DNA from: Antedon mediterranea
Lineage: Eukaryota > Animalia > Echinodermata
DNA length: 64,000 nt
Direction: 5' to 3'
Assembly: GCF_964355755.1 (NCBI RefSeq)
Contig: NC_092677.1
Span: 24,105,175 to 24,169,174, forward strand
The translations under genes were made by a program, and so were the position numbers. Positions 14,000-28,749 of this stretch are shown here, piece after piece; the first letter of the stretch is position 1; each line of letters opens with the position of its first letter. The notes beneath the pieces are model-generated. The model was not told where the DNA came from. It ran no database searches and was given only the letters and a program-made list of their open reading frames with translations.

Positions 14000-14062
14000 A
14001 TGGGTAATGCACATATACATTCTGTTATTCAGGAAAATTATAATCGAGACTTACAAAAAAAG
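14000..14062 (+). CDS. Candidate first coding exon MGNAHIHSVIQENYNRDLQKK
   Basis: ATG in good context (aaacaATGG), 21 codons, then AAG|GTAAGA donor at 14063 in phase 0, compatible with the phase-0 acceptor at 60809. Preceded by ~500 bp of unique GC-richer sequence. Confidence 0.45.
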
Positions 14063-14429
14063 GTAAGACTTTTGCTTATTAAAACCCATAAATTTTCCAC
14101 TGTTTGTTTTTATTATAGTAAACAGTATGTTGTTTGTGTTTCTTGTCCTTGGGTTTCATTGTTCACTGTGGATAATAATAAAAACATTAAAAATCAGTTA
14201 ACACAATATGTTATGTTATTATGTTTCTATGACTGATTTTAGAATCATACTATGATTCACAGGTATGAATGTTTATTTTGATTAACCCAAAAATAGTTGT
14301 TATTTTGTCCTTGAAAATTAATAATATGTACAGTATGATAGAATATGGTTTATTTTATGGATTATAAAATGATAAGCAAAAAGTTATTTAAAAAAAAAAT
14401 AAAACTCTTAGCATTATTATGATTAATAT

Positions 14430-14706
14430 AGTTAGCTTTGCAAATCCAGAAGGTTATATAGCATAATCGATAAAGATGACTTGTGTTCATAATGTGGGTC
14501 AGATAGTGTAAAATGTGGTCATTCATAATTGTTGCTTCACCAATGATTGACCAAACATTACATTTTATTTTTTTAAATTTTAAGCAAAGGGAGGATTATG
14601 TGGTAGACTTTGCCAATAATCCAGAAAGGTTATATTATATGTAAATCGGCTAAAAGGATGAGTTGTGATCATAATGTGGGTCAGAGTGGTGTAAAATGTG
14701 GTCATT
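14430..14706. repeat. Old local duplication, two copies of ~95-100 bp
   Basis: aatccagaaggttatat...cataatgtgggtcaga..gtgtaaaatgtggtcatt occurs at ~14430-14523 and ~14603-14706. Confidence 0.8.
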
Positions 14707-15179
14707 TAAGATTAATGCAAACTTTGATGTTTTTCATTCATAATCTCATCAGATGTGGTTAGATTTGTTGTAATACTTTTGAGTCACATAGTTAATTTGT
14801 TCAGTGTCCTATTTGTTATCATTTTATTATGTGACCTCGTCCGACTAATTGAAAGCTTGCTTGTTCAGTAGTCTAGTGGTTACATTTGACAATTCATTTT
14901 CTAATTTGATAATAATGTTTTATATAGTAACATTATACTGTACAACTAGTAGTACTGATAATAATTAATTTTACCTAATAACTGATTAATTAATAATAAC
15001 AACTATTGGAGAACTTTTAATATCCACACTCATCTATTAATTTAGTTTTAGCGGTTTTTAGCCTAGGCTTTTGCAACCTACCAGGCCTGTGTCACTACAA
15101 CTACTGCAATGTGTAAGACTAAGAGTGAATTCTCTTTTCTGTTGATCCAACAAATCGAAAAGTACGAAAACCTTATGTA

Positions 15180-15447
15180 AGGGTGTTTGAATACTGATCA
15201 TAAGATCGAGGTTCAAATTCAACTCTCGTCGCGTTGCTTGTATGCAAGATACTTTACTTACGTTTGCCTCTCTCCACCACCCAGGTGTATAAATAGGAAC
15301 CTGGTTAGATCAAGACACAACTTTGCGCTGATTACTAGCTGCATTACGGGAGTATGTTTCCATACGTGTTTGATCAAGAAAAAATGACTGGGGTAATAAT
15401 GTTCAGCGCTTGAGGTTTCACAACATTCCAGGATATTATTATTATTA
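15180..15447 (+). mobile_element. tRNA-derived SINE with a conserved central segment and an L2-type tail
   Basis: B-box-like GGTTCAAATTC, central caagatactttacttacgtttgcctctctccaccacccaggtgtataaataggaacctgg, tail cagcgcttgagg...(att)n. Homologous to 43204-43460. Confidence 0.75.
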
Positions 15448-16696
15448 AATACAAAGTATTGCATTTGCATTTTGCAATGATCCAAATGTAATTTCAAGAA
15501 TGAATTGTTGCTTTTGTAATTCATGAAATATCCACCGTGCTATAAAACAGTCTATAGTCTTTATGAGTATTTGGCTAGGGTTTAAAAATGACTTTATCCA
15601 AGCTTGTATACCAACCTATATTCTCTAATAACATTCTCTACACTCAACAAAAACAAGCAATCCGATGAAAAGCAATGTGAGTAACAATTTAAATTAAAAA
15701 TAATAAGTTTATTTATAATCGAGATAATGTCATTTACTGTGCCTTTAGCATCCGAGAATGAGTCTCAACAATACAACAATATTTTATGTATAATTATAGA
15801 AAAAAATATTTTGTTTAAATAGTGATTTTTTGCTGGACATTTTTTATCAACCCAGATGATTGGTTACAAATATGAATTTACTTTTTAATGAATTGTGACA
15901 ACATAAATTCAATGATTGAAATTGTCTATTTTCAAAACAAGATATGTTATAGCTTTGAAACATAGGGTATTGGTTGTATAATCTATATTTGTAATGTCAA
16001 GAATCTTATTAATTTAAATATTGTGGTAATGTTATGGAGGTATATACCTCCATGGTAGTACAGAGTATGTTTATATTTCTTTATACTTGCCTTCAGGCAG
16101 ACCGCATATGAATGTCACGCAATGCTAGCTTGCAGCCCTTTTGTCCTCAGTTTCAGGTCAAGGCTTTTAGAAAGTTTCTTGACCTTTCCATCTTATATTA
16201 CATCCCATATTTGACCTCCAATACAAAAGTTCATTGATTAAGATCTTTGATATTTTCATTTTCATAAACTTGAAACAAATTTATTAATCAACATACACTG
16301 TTTGTATTTTGTATTCATTATTGTATGATAAAAGTATGTTATTGTAATAAGACATTTTATGAGGTTAAATATTGATTACTTTGCACTTTTCAACTCCCCA
16401 GGGTTCAGGAAATCTTAATATTTATAATTCTTAGAAAATAAAATAGTAAAAATATTGTTTGATGATGTCATCATCATATATTTACCATTTTTAATTTTAA
16501 AATTGAATCTTAATAGGATTTGTATTATTTCAAGATTTTTTACATTAATAAAGCATGTTCAAACTAACTTGTTTTTAAAATAATGAATTAATTAAATTGG
16601 TGACCTATAGTACCCACCAAAATGTAGAGATTTTAGACAGTTTACGAAGCCAACTTACCAGGGTAGATACAGCAACTAAGCAGGCCCTAACTAATA

Positions 16697-17430
16697 TTGA
16701 CACTGGCACAGGTTACTAGCTTGACACTAGTACACGTTGACACTGTAGTACTTTAACTAATACTACACAGGTTTGATTAGGTTCACGCTATACTATACTA
16801 GCTTGACACTGGCACAGGTTACTAGCTTGACACTAGTACACGTTGACACTGTAGTACTTTAACTAATACTACACAGGTTTGATTAGGTTCACGCTATACT
16901 ATACTAGCTTGACACTGGTACATGTTTACTAGCTTGACACTAGTACACGTTGACACTGTAGTACTTTAACTACTGTACGACACAGGTTTGATTAGGTTCA
17001 CGCTATACTATACTAGCTTGACACTAGTACATGTTTACTAGCTTGACACTAGTACACGTTGACACTGTAGTACTTTAACTACTGTACTACACAGGTTTGA
17101 TTAGGTTCACGCTATGTTTTACTATACTAGCTTGACACTGGTACATGTTTACTAGCTTGACACTGGTACATGTTTACTAGCTTGACACTAGTACACGTTG
17201 ACACTACTGTAGTACTTTAACTACTGTTTTACACGTGGTTTGATTAAGTTGACACCAATTCAGTTACTAAACTGTAGCTTGACACTGGTACAGGTTTACT
17301 GGCTTGACACTAGTACTGGCCTACATAATGGCTCTATAGTACTTAATTGCTATAGATGTTTCATGGTTGACACGAAAGTACAGGTTGACTAGGTTGAAAA
17401 GTGTACTGTAGTACAGGTTGAATACAGTGT
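16697..17430. repeat. Compound minisatellite: ~106-bp higher-order unit built from TTGACAC subunits
   Basis: ttgacactggcacaggttactagc-ttgacactagtacacg-ttgacactgtagtactttaac...gtttgattaggttcacgctatactatactagc is repeated ~5 times and decays at the 3' end. Confidence 0.9.
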
Positions 17431-18462
17431 ACAGTAGGCTGTCTCCTTCTTGGGAAAGAAAAATTCACAGAAAAAATAGTTATTTACAGTATATATAAAA
17501 GTATAACTCAATCAATGTAAAACTTCCTTTATTTATAATAGCATCTCAATAATAATAATTTATTTGGAGTTTACACTTTTACAACAGTGGCACTCGACCA
17601 ATTGGAAGGTGCATCCATAAGAAACATATAGTAAACAACAATTACAATAAAAAAGTTGATGTAGGTCAACATGTCAAAACAATTCGACAATCAGTAACTA
17701 CAATACTATTGATAATATCACTACAGCAGCAGGAAACCCACTGAGACCTAAAAATACAAAACTACCAGAAATAAACATATAGGATAAGTTTAGGAAACTG
17801 TACAATATAAAATGAATTGGGCAACAACAATGTAGACCTAACACTATAATGAAATAGATATCAATCATTTGGTATAATTAATATGAACATTACTCGCTCA
17901 GAACAACACATATGTATCTGGCCTTTGTTAACATTTTGTTGTCTTCTATATGTAAATAATAAAGTACATTGAATGAATAGTATTTGTATTGTTGAATGAT
18001 ACAAAGAAATGGAATCATTTCCATATTAAATATTGGAAAAATTAAAATATATTTATCTTTGTACTCAGTAAAACTAAAAGGTGAATTATTACTAATTATT
18101 ATTAATTAATTAATACAATATAAAATATTTTTTATTTAAATCTTTAGCAATAGCATGTTTAGCATCATTTAAAATGATTTTATCTCCGTATGATAATGAT
18201 GATATTAAAATATGATACATACAACTCAATACATTCCTGTAGTTTGATCCTATTATTTATAATTGCCTTCTCCTACTTGATTTCAGATCTTTTACAAATT
18301 ATAGAATTTCCATTGTGAATTCTGAAATATAACGCTTCTAAACGAAAGAAATTTTAACACTTGTGAAATAGCATTACTTTGTACACTTTGTAATGATTCA
18401 ACAAAAGTTTAAGTTTATACGAAAGAAGCCAATTGCAGTCCTCCGTGTTAGGTAATGACATT

Positions 18463-18582
18463 TAGTAGCGTAACGCAGAGGGCATTTTCAACATATTTTA
18501 TGCCCTTTTTTCCTCCGAGCCTCCGATCATCTCTAGGCCCTGTGGGTTTAGCCAGTGAGCGCTAATACCCGTTATGCCACTG
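18463..18582. mobile_element. Short hAT-like MITE (CAGTGGCGTAA-type termini)
   Basis: Termini tagtagcgtaacg / cgttatgccactg. Shares internal blocks with 36482-36682. The 8-bp flanks atgacatt/atgatttc match only 5/8. Confidence 0.55.
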
Positions 18583-21294
18583 ATGATTTCTGCGCTTTAT
18601 AAGAGCACATCAAAACTATAGCGTTACATAATGAACGAAAAAAACTGAAAATGTATAGTGCATAAATCATGGAGGTGTGATAAACTCCTTTCGCACACGA
18701 AACTGTAAATTTACCAAAATATACCTTCTCAACGACTTTTTTTTATCACAATATTGCCACATAGTGTGAATAAGATTAGAGTGACCTAAATTGACATAAG
18801 ATAAACCATTAACATCAAAATCACCCCAAATGTCTGGTCTTTTTTCTGGTTCTTCTTGTAAAAACACAATTTATTGATATTTAAATTTTGATTAATTAAT
18901 GCATGCTTTTCTTTTATAGGAGTATGTATCTAGTATTATATGAGTAATAGCAGGAATGTTATTTTATTCAATGCATATTTATGAATATTATACTTTATAA
19001 CCTTTTGATAGAAACCATTTATTTCTTTCATTTAATCCTACTATAATTTCTCAGAAAACAGCGAGATTCGTTAAATGAATCCTTTTAAACCTAAAATCAA
19101 AATTTCTATGAAAAGGGCAAGAGTGCAAGTAGCTTATTAGTGGCAATAGGATGGCTAAATTTAGAAGTTTTGGCTTATTGTGGGAGCCACTACAAAGGTT
19201 GTTATTATATGATAATAAACTCACACACTGTACATGTCTGCCCTGTATAATGCTGAGTACACTTCTGAAAAAAGTAAACAAAAGGTATCCACTACAATAA
19301 AGTTCATTAGGTTCAAAATATTCACACATTTTGCAGTATGAAAAATCTGACAGATTTGTTTTTCTTTATTTATAAAAGAAATATAATTTTTATTAGTTTG
19401 GTCCACACAGGCTCATAGAAACAATGAAATATGCAAACTCTACCATTTTTGAAAACTGGTAATTTTTAAGCATTCATTATAAACAAAATGCCACTTTTAT
19501 TTAAAAATTATATGTTTAAATGTTAACAAAAACACATGGTTTGTGATATTTTTACTATATTTTGTCATCTATATCATCTAAAAGAAACAGTTAGGTTCTC
19601 TTCTAATTATGGTATAGTTTATATATTTAAATCAGAAAGATCTTAAATAGACTTCCACTACTTTCGTTTTGTCATTCCATATTAATTCAAGGAATCAAAA
19701 TTATATTAATAAACTCAAATTTAAGGTCAAGGATTTTGATCAACTGTTAAGTCTGTCATGGAAAGATCTTTCCCTTTTAATACCCTACTACTGTTCACTT
19801 CAAATTATACACTTTTGTACAGCGCAAGACGAACATGAACACTCAAAAGTTTCTTTCCACAAGGACGTTAAAATGTAAGTATGTTATTCCAACTCAAACA
19901 AAGCAACCAATCACAAGCAATGGATTACCGAAACTGTCTCTTTTGATTCGTTAAATGTCGTGCATTGTGCGTATATCCACAGCAGTAGTGGAAACCAAGA
20001 AGTTTGGAAATTCACCAGAAATTAAAGCTGGAATAATTTTTCAAAGAAACACTTAAAATTTTGAGAAAGTACTGATAAACAAACTACCATGTCTATATAA
20101 ATATATTTTATTTTGGAATGTTGCAAATTCAGAAAATGAAAAAAAAAATCAGTATAAAATATACAAACATTAATAATTGAATACCAAACCATGTATTGGT
20201 ATCATATGTTAGATTTTTTTATAATTTATTACTAAATTATGAAATCTGTTTACAGTATCTGTATCTCAAAGCTTGTATTTGATACACAAAAGAACTTTGT
20301 TGTTGAAAGTTCATAACCTCGGACTCATTATGTCAATATTTAGGACAATTTACCATGATTTATTTAATAAAATGTAATACATTGTGAATTTTATAACCTA
20401 TATAAACGAGGTCAACTAATATTAATTTAGAGGCTTTAGGCACCTTTTAGTATTCTTTTCTCCATAGTTCATATGTCACATACAGCCTTTAGTGGTATCA
20501 AGGGTTATATTTGATAACATTAATGAATGTTCTTTAGAAAGAAGGAAATCTTATTTAAATTGGTTAGGTGGATGTAATTCAATAGAGGGCAGTGTTCCTA
20601 TGTATACCGCAGTTTCATAATAATTAGCAACGCATGTAAAACTTTAAAATCATGCTATTTCTTTATAATAAGATATAAACAATGAAAGAACATTTTATAG
20701 ATTCATGTTTTTGTAAAAGCATTTTCCTTGTTAAATTCTAAAATCTAGTATTGCAATCCTCAAAGTTGGTAAGTTTTTTTTGCGTGACCAAGCAAATTAA
20801 TCATCAATTTGGGGTTGCAAAACGGGAAGTGATAACCACTTCACTGTGAAACATTATATAGGAAATCCCCCTTTATCAAGGTTTTATTAATACGGTAAAA
20901 AGGTTTTTAGTGTTTTAAGAAGTGCTGTATCAAAAACGTTGGTTGGAAAAATCTCAAGTCTCCCAATTAAAATGAGTAAGTATTTATTTTCGTCCTCAAC
21001 CTTAACTGGAAACTGAAGACATTAGGATTAGGCCCTCAACTGGCCCACGGCAGACAGCAGTGCAGCACCTACCCTGATAAAATCAATAAAGTCTCCAATA
21101 CTGTAGGCGGCACAAACCAAAACAATAATAAGTTTTATGACTTATAAATACTCATTTAGTTAGTTAGTTTTATCTCCTTGCTAATGAGAATAAGCAGATG
21201 TTGATTGATGTTAAAACACCTGTTATCTTATTCAAATTTTAATTTGTTGGTTCTTATCTTAAGGAACTAACTATTATTCAACAGGTGTACTAAC

Positions 21295-22090
21295 CAAAAT
21301 AGTTGACCATTCTTCATAATTTGTGACTAGATATTGAAGTTGTAAAAAAAGACAGTTGACCATTCTCAAGATTTATGATTTTGTACTGTAATTGTCGGAA
21401 TGATAGCTGATGGTGTGTGTATCTACTCTGGTGAAATATGATAGTTGCTCATACTGGAGATGTCTGGAGATTTCTGATATTGTAGTTGTTAAAATGATAG
21501 GTGATGGTGTGCACATCTACAAATTACGATAGTTGTTCATTCTGGAGATGTCTCTAGATTTCTGATAATATTGTAGTTAATAACATGATAGCTGATGGTG
21601 TGGACATCTACACATTTATGATAGACCATTCTGGAGATGTCTCAAGATTTCTGATATTGTAGTTGTTAAAATGATAGCTGATGGTGTGGACATCTACAAA
21701 TTATGATACTTGACCATTCTGGAAATATCTCAAGATTTCTGATATTATAATTGTTGAAACTGTGGATGGTGCACACATTTACTCTGGAGAATAATATTAT
21801 TTGCCCATTCTGGAGCGACTGTATGATTTCTGATATTGTAGTTATCGTAATCATAGCTGATGGTGTGGACGTGTACTCTGGTGAATTGTGATACTGTGCA
21901 GTAGTTGTAGTTGAGAATTCTGGAGTGTCTCAAGATTTTTGATATTGTACTGTAGAATTGTTGGAATGATAGCTAATAGTGTGCACATCTATACATTATT
22001 ATAGTTGACCATTCTGGAGGTTTCTCAAGAGTTCAGAATCATAGCTTATGGTGTGCGTACATGGTCTTGAAAATGGATATTTGGACCATT
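21295..22090. repeat. Degenerate tandem repeat, ~86-95-bp unit, ~8 copies
   Basis: gatagctgatggtgtggacatctac...gaccattctggagatgtctcaagatttctgatattgtagttgtt recurs at ~21402, 21497, 21587, 21673, 21764, 21852 and 21969. Confidence 0.9.
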
Positions 22091-22769
22091 TTAAATGATT
22101 TAGGCTTTTATAACTCATCTTTTTAGTAGCTTACTCATTACTATTTTTTTTAGTAGCTAACTTAAACTGTTATTTTTCTTGGACTTGAAGACACGTACCA
22201 AAAGGCAACTTGCCTTGTATGGACACATTTAGTGCAAGAAGATGTTTGCAGATTATTTGAAAGGAAGTTAAAAAAGTACTCATAACATTTTCCCATGCAA
22301 AAGAGAAATAACGACAGTCATTGACATATTGAAGTAGATATGTTTTTGAAGTATTAAAAAAAATATGATTAATATTTTTATGGTTTTTATTTGCGGAAAT
22401 GAAGGTAATTAGATTAGAGGTGAATACCTGGAAGGGGTTTGAAATTTGTGACAGGGAGGGAGTCTTATGCTTCAGTTTTTGGTATGGTAAAAATAAATCA
22501 ATCTGTTTTTCCAAAGATTTTTTTTATAATAAGTGACTCTACAAAATTGAACCAGTGGTCTTTCATAAACTGCTATCCTTAGGGAGTATGAAAAAAAAAA
22601 GTGACATAGGTGATTAATACAAAAGAAAATGGGAAAATGGGATAAAAATGACTTACATTTATTACAATGTTGTCATTACTTCATACTAAATTACAAAATA
22701 ATCATACTATGGCAATGGCATAATTTGTGTTTCTCCAATTTTGTAAAATAAAAAAATAAAACATTCTTG

Positions 22770-23245
22770 ACAAGAGCAATCAAAGATATGAACCTCCGCC
22801 AAGACCAAACCTCCAAAATCTATAAGCTCATTTTTAAAATTTCTTCTGTTTAACACAACTAACATGTAGGTCAAACGGGGAGTTGTCTATAAAATGTGTA
22901 ATATTTGTGTGTAATAGTATGTTATATAAAATGTACAGTATGTAGTTTTCAGTTGGCCTTTATATAACAGAAAGTGGTCCAAAATGTGGATTCTGGTTAG
23001 GATTCCCTTCAAAATGTAATGGAGAAATTTGTAGATATTCAGTGGTTTGAATTTGGTAAAGATCTGTCTAAAATTACTAAAAACCTAACTCAAAAGAAGT
23101 GATCCAGAATTTGGGTACTGGTCTGGATTGCAAACCAATATCTATATGTGGTTTAAATTTAGTAATATCCGTTATATTTTTAATGTTATCCTGCTAACAG
23201 ACAAACAAACAAATAAATATCACAGACAAAAATATAACTGGTAGG
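22770..23245. mobile_element. Degenerate Helentron/HINE-like element (ACAAGAG...AACCTCCGCCAAG type)
   Basis: Starts acaagagcaatcaaagatatgaacctccgccaag and ends atcctgctaacagacaaacaaac...aaaatataac. This layout is recalled from HINE-type repeats and was not verified by search. Confidence 0.45.
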
Positions 23246-25198
23246 CAAGAGTGTGAACAATAGTTTACATAACCTGTGGTAAAGTATACCTTGGTTAAAT
23301 TTATAATTTTCAAGTACAGTGTGAACAAGCCTTAAATGACAATACATATGCATAGAATCTCATGCAGTTTAATTTATCACCAATCAAGCCATAAGAAGCA
23401 TGAATGATGTATTTAGAAAAAGATCAAGGTATGTATGATTTATGTAATAGTTTAGAAACAGGCAGTCAAGCAAAGAGTTCACCAAGGCCAAGGACACATG
23501 AAGTTAGCTTGCCTAATTTCCCTGATCATTATTATTTGCTGGCACATTATGTAAGATTTACCATACTGTAGTAGTCTTTATCTCTACCTATTATGATTGC
23601 AAAGTTTTCATAAACAAAATTTAATGGTGAACAGATGGTACATTGTATTAATAATAAAATATGTGTACTGTCTGTAGGATATTAGTTTCATTTGATGTAT
23701 TCAATGTACTTTATCTTTATTGTATCATATTTAATTCACTTAGTCTATGACTAGAGTTTGTTTGCAATTGTCAAATTACAGATATTCTTAAAAACTATCT
23801 TTTTCAAGGCCACAAAAAAAACAGATGAAAATATCACCAACAAAATTGAATCCCCCAAAAACGCCAGTTTCTTTATTTGGCCTCAAACAAATACTATCAA
23901 TACAATTTGAATAGATTAACAATATTTATTGATAACTAATTTTTATATGTGTTAATTAAGAAAACAATAATTTGAATAATTAAAAGTTTTTAAAAAAATG
24001 AAATAATAATATATATAAATATATAAATAATAATAACAACCAGCCTTTTTTGGTCAACAAAGAAATATCATTTAATTAACAATAACAAACTTAATATCAT
24101 AACAATTGGAAAATTATAATCTTTAAAATGAATAAACTAAACAGAAATAGAAAAGCCAAACAATTTACAAGTGTTGATTTCATTATGGTAATTCTTACAC
24201 ATAGTATTATATTTCGGCAATTTCTATAGATCACATTACATAAATAGTGATCTAGGAAAAAGAAGAGGAAAAAAACAGATTTGGTTAAAATATGTTATTC
24301 ACACAATACACATATAACCTCATGAAACACATTTGTATTAACATAGCGATGTTGTGCTTATCCCTTGTGGCACACAGCAATGAATATTGCTTTAAAACCA
24401 GCCAAGCTTTACATATGAAAATGTAGCTTGTAGTTGACCTAGAGTTGACAGTTTGAACCTATGTTTATTTCACTGTGACATTTACCTGTAAACCTACCAA
24501 GCCCAGTGAGGCTTTAATCTGTCTGTAATATTTATAGTTAAAAATATAATAATTGTTGATTCTGTATAAACATTTAAATGTGGTTTTTAAAATATATATA
24601 TTTATTTTTAATATCATAGTAAATAATATAATCAAGACATTTGTATATGATTTTAATTATTTCAAAATTTGGTGTTTATTTTAATGTGTACTTTCTCTAT
24701 GCTTTTCAATTGTCTTACAAACACATTATACCATATTTGATAAGACAATTAATAAATAATTTTAAATGAATATTACTCAATATTGGATACTGTATGTATG
24801 TAATACTTTTTCAAACTCATTCAAACACCAATATTAGGATCAAGCACCCATGGACACGCCTTTCTTCTCGTCTTTATCTTATTTAACTAGAACTTATATG
24901 ACTAGATAGTGTGCTTGCCTGGTTACCATACCCCTAAGTTAGCTAACAGTAAATTATGGTAAAATTAAGAGATGGGTATGTATGGAGTATATACTCTAAA
25001 TACATGTTAATTAATATAATGTACAATGTATGTATATACAGGTAATTGTTTTATGATTTGATAGCAAATTACAATTGGCCGGCAAATCTGGAAGTGACTA
25101 AGAAGTACATTGGTTTGAGATTATGCGGATATGTTTAAAATCCTAGCTACTGTACGAAATTGAAAGATTGCAATCGCATAGCCCTTTATTTTGACATG

Positions 25199-25775
25199 TT
25201 AAAGCTCAGGTACAGGCATGAATTTTAAATATAATATCTGGTTAATTGTACATAAATCAATATTTGTAATAGAAATCAAGACGAAAAAAATGGTCAAATA
25301 CAAAATTGTGCTATGAAAACAAGGAAGACTTTTTTTCAGTAGTTAGATAGTTTAGCCTAATGTAATAACATGTCTGGTGACTCCCTAGAAGGTAAAAAAA
25401 AAGATGGTGGATATACAGTGAATAATTTTTGCTATAGCATAAAAATAAAACTCTGAAGTTGAATAAAAACACCAGAAACGTAAAATTCAAGTTATATTAC
25501 CTATATTTAGTCATCTGATAAGATTTTTTACCATGCCGTTTATTTTCATAGCTTTTTAAAATGCCTCTATATATTTACAACATTTGTGTACAAAAGAATA
25601 GAGATTTTACTGTGTAATTTGAACTATCCCCCACTGGTAAGAAAGTGCTTATTTTCAACAAGCTTGTGTAACACAAATAAAATCCCAAAAATGATGAAAC
25701 ATAGGGGAAACTATAGATCGATAATTATTGGAATGTATGTTCAATAGAAATTTTTTGCCCGCACCTCGCCTTTAA
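25199..25775 (+). mobile_element. Kolobok-like non-autonomous element, family K1
   Basis: TTAA at both ends; imperfect TIR agctcaggtacaggcatgaattt / aattttttgcccgcacctcgcct. Closely similar inverted copy at 41750-42329. Confidence 0.8.
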
Positions 25776-25911
25776 GGCGCAATGTAACAATACCGTAAGA
25801 TTTTAATGTTATCGTTTGGTTTGTAGCATACCATCATTTATCAGTACATGTTTTAGTCCAAACTCCCATAAGTACTGGACAATAAAAGTACATAAAGTTC
25901 TTGAGCAGTTA

Positions 25912-26078
25912 AGCGTGGTTCCCACTAGCGACGTAACGCAAGGACGTAAAGCAACGCAAGTGAATTCACCAGTCACAAGCGATGGCTTATTCACTTGTGA
26001 TTGCTAACTGTCTATAACTTCGCTTGTCATTGGTTTTGCGTTTACGTCCTTGCGTTACGTTCTAGTGGGAACCAAGCT
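25912..26078. mobile_element. Palindromic PIF/Harbinger-like MITE, family H1
   Basis: TIR agcgtggttcccactag..cgtaacgcaaggacgtaaa / tttacgtccttgcgttacg..ctagtgggaaccaagct, with a TTA TSD on both sides. Confidence 0.85.
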
Positions 26079-28749
26079 TTAGAGAAAAAGTTACTGTGGT
26101 CATGGGTACAAGAGTAGTTAAAACAATGTACATTCTCTGATAAAAATCCTAGGAAACATTTTGCCATTTTTTCCCTGACTGTGAATGGTGGTGTTACCAA
26201 AATATTTAGGTAGAGGTAGACTTCTAAATGAATTAAATCCACTACAAATCATTTACAGTGTTATTCATAGCCATATCTCTGTCCTCAATTCATTTGACTG
26301 CTATGTGAACTCTGTCTGGTATCCTATGGGAAGTGTACCAATAAAATAATCTTTTGTGAATTGTACTATTTTTAGTGAAGTATTTTGATCTATAAATAAA
26401 TTAGCACATTCTTTGTATATCATTGACATTGTATTGTATTTAAAACTTTTGCTTTAAATGCATAGTACATGTGGTAGTCTATTCCAATGTTTTTTATGAC
26501 ATTTAAGCACTATATGGTGGTACTCTTTTTTATTGTTGTGCATTATAATGTATGGTTGGCTGTATGTTGTTACTGTATGTGGGCCTTTTGCCTCATTCAC
26601 AATGTAAATTTAGTGATATTAATCCCACATCCTTGAAAAATTATCAGATTGGCAGTTTGTTCATGATGACTGAGAACAAAAATTTAATTTCTTCTTTCTT
26701 CAACTGTATAATATTGTTCTGGTTGTACATAAAGATTGTTAAAATTGTTGTATCCATTGCTCTATTAGTTGATCTTGGCCTCCGTGTTTAAAGTTATTGA
26801 ATTGAATTAACTGTTTGTATCAGTGGTTTACTAATAAATCATTAAATGATTGATAACAATTATAATTAATATATACATAATATGCCATTATTGATTATAT
26901 ATTCAGGCCTACTAAATTATAATTACAATTTTAAATGAAGCCATTAATATTTGTCTAGCTGATACTCTGATCTGAAATCGACATCAGCAATAATAGATAG
27001 AATCAAGAGACAGAGATTAGTGAATTTATATCCTGCAGGGCAATTAGCATAATATTTAGCATAGGCTCTGCATCACACCAAGAAACAGGTCATTTGTCAT
27101 GATTCTATAGCTAAAATCGACACTGAAAGGCAAACAGCATTTCTTAGAACAAAGGAAAATAGACAATGCGGAATGTTTATATTGTAGAATTTATTATTTA
27201 GTTTTTAAACAAAATTTAGGGCAAATGATACAAATATGTTTGTAAGAGTATTTCTTTCCAAATTGAAAGATATTATGTTTACAATAAGTAGTGATATCTG
27301 ATATTGTAGTATTAGATTAAAATTTATTTCACATATCATTTTGAATGAAAACTCTTTATGATTTATTTTTTGTCAAAATTAAATCTAAAAATTATTTTAA
27401 GAATGACTTGGATTATGCAATTTCATTGTTTATATAAAAAATAACTGATTAATAATAATATTAACTGTGAATAAATAAATAACAAATTAAATGACAGCGT
27501 GAAAATAACAATTAGAAACACCCAATGATTGGTGGTTAGAACTCCATTTATCCAGCAATCACAAAATAATGGTTATTTGATTGATATCTGTAGTTTCCTC
27601 GCATTGCATTTTGGGTAATATTAACATTTTTGTTAACGACCAACTGCTAATTTGACTGTTATTTGGGAGCACAAATTTAGAAGAAATGCGATCGGTCTGA
27701 ACAGTTTATTCAGAGATGGGGATTCACATTCTTCATGGTTGATGCCAGAGAACTAAATTCCGCAGGTGAACTTTGTGTATACCTTTGTTTATCACTTCAT
27801 AAAAAAATATAGTTAATGTTCTTGACAACAAAGGTTTAAAGTTAGCAAGGATAAATTACTGCAATTTATTATGTTGCCTATAAAAAAAAATTTATATTTA
27901 TCAGTGTACTTTAATCACATTTGACTAAAATGTATACATTAAATGCTATACTATTCAACTAGTGTCTAGACTAATGGTTGTTACTTTCAATTCCGAGTGA
28001 GGAAAATGATAAAAGACAATGTTTTCACATATGAAAATGTACGTTGAAGATGAATTGGGAGAAATGGACAGACAAGCGTAGAATCAATCAAACATACTGT
28101 TAGGCTGTCGTTGTTTGTGCGTCGTCTTTGGTACTGGGAGAATTTTATTATTTTGATCATTATGGTATAATGTAGTTCAAGGACATTTGTAGTCTTTTGA
28201 CTGTAAAACCTGGTGAATATAGTAGACATCGTGACTTCATAAATCATTTTTTCCTAACAGCTACGCATGCTGACATCGCCTCAGGTTCGCACTTAAATGG
28301 GTACAGAAGTATCAATGCACATTAATTGATGATTAGTAATAAAACCACCTTTCTTTGAAAAGGTGAAATCATGGTTAATTACATAACATTTCATTTATTT
28401 TATTTCTGACATGAAAAATGATCTGGGAATGAAGAAAATTAACAAATAAGTTACAGCGAACTTAATTATAATATGTTATCTGAAAATCTCATCATGAGAT
28501 GGGTTTTACTGTGTTATTAATATTTATATTTGTTTTTCAAAATTCACTGAAAACAGAAAGATAGATGAATATCGTTTATCTTCAGGCTTCATCTATATAC
28601 ACATTTTTCACTGGTAGCATATTATTAATAAGTAAATATACAATACAGTAAAAAATTATAAGTTTGAAGATAAAGATCACAAAAGAAAATATAGAGAAAA
28701 TCTTCAGATGGATGACAAATAAAATAAGAAATTCAATTTTTAATACAGG

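Noticed and set aside
27987-28247. ORF or ancient CR1/L2 RT remnant (YE....MNWE...KRR on the plus strand)
   Set aside because: Multiple stops, and the similarity is too weak to call without a search.
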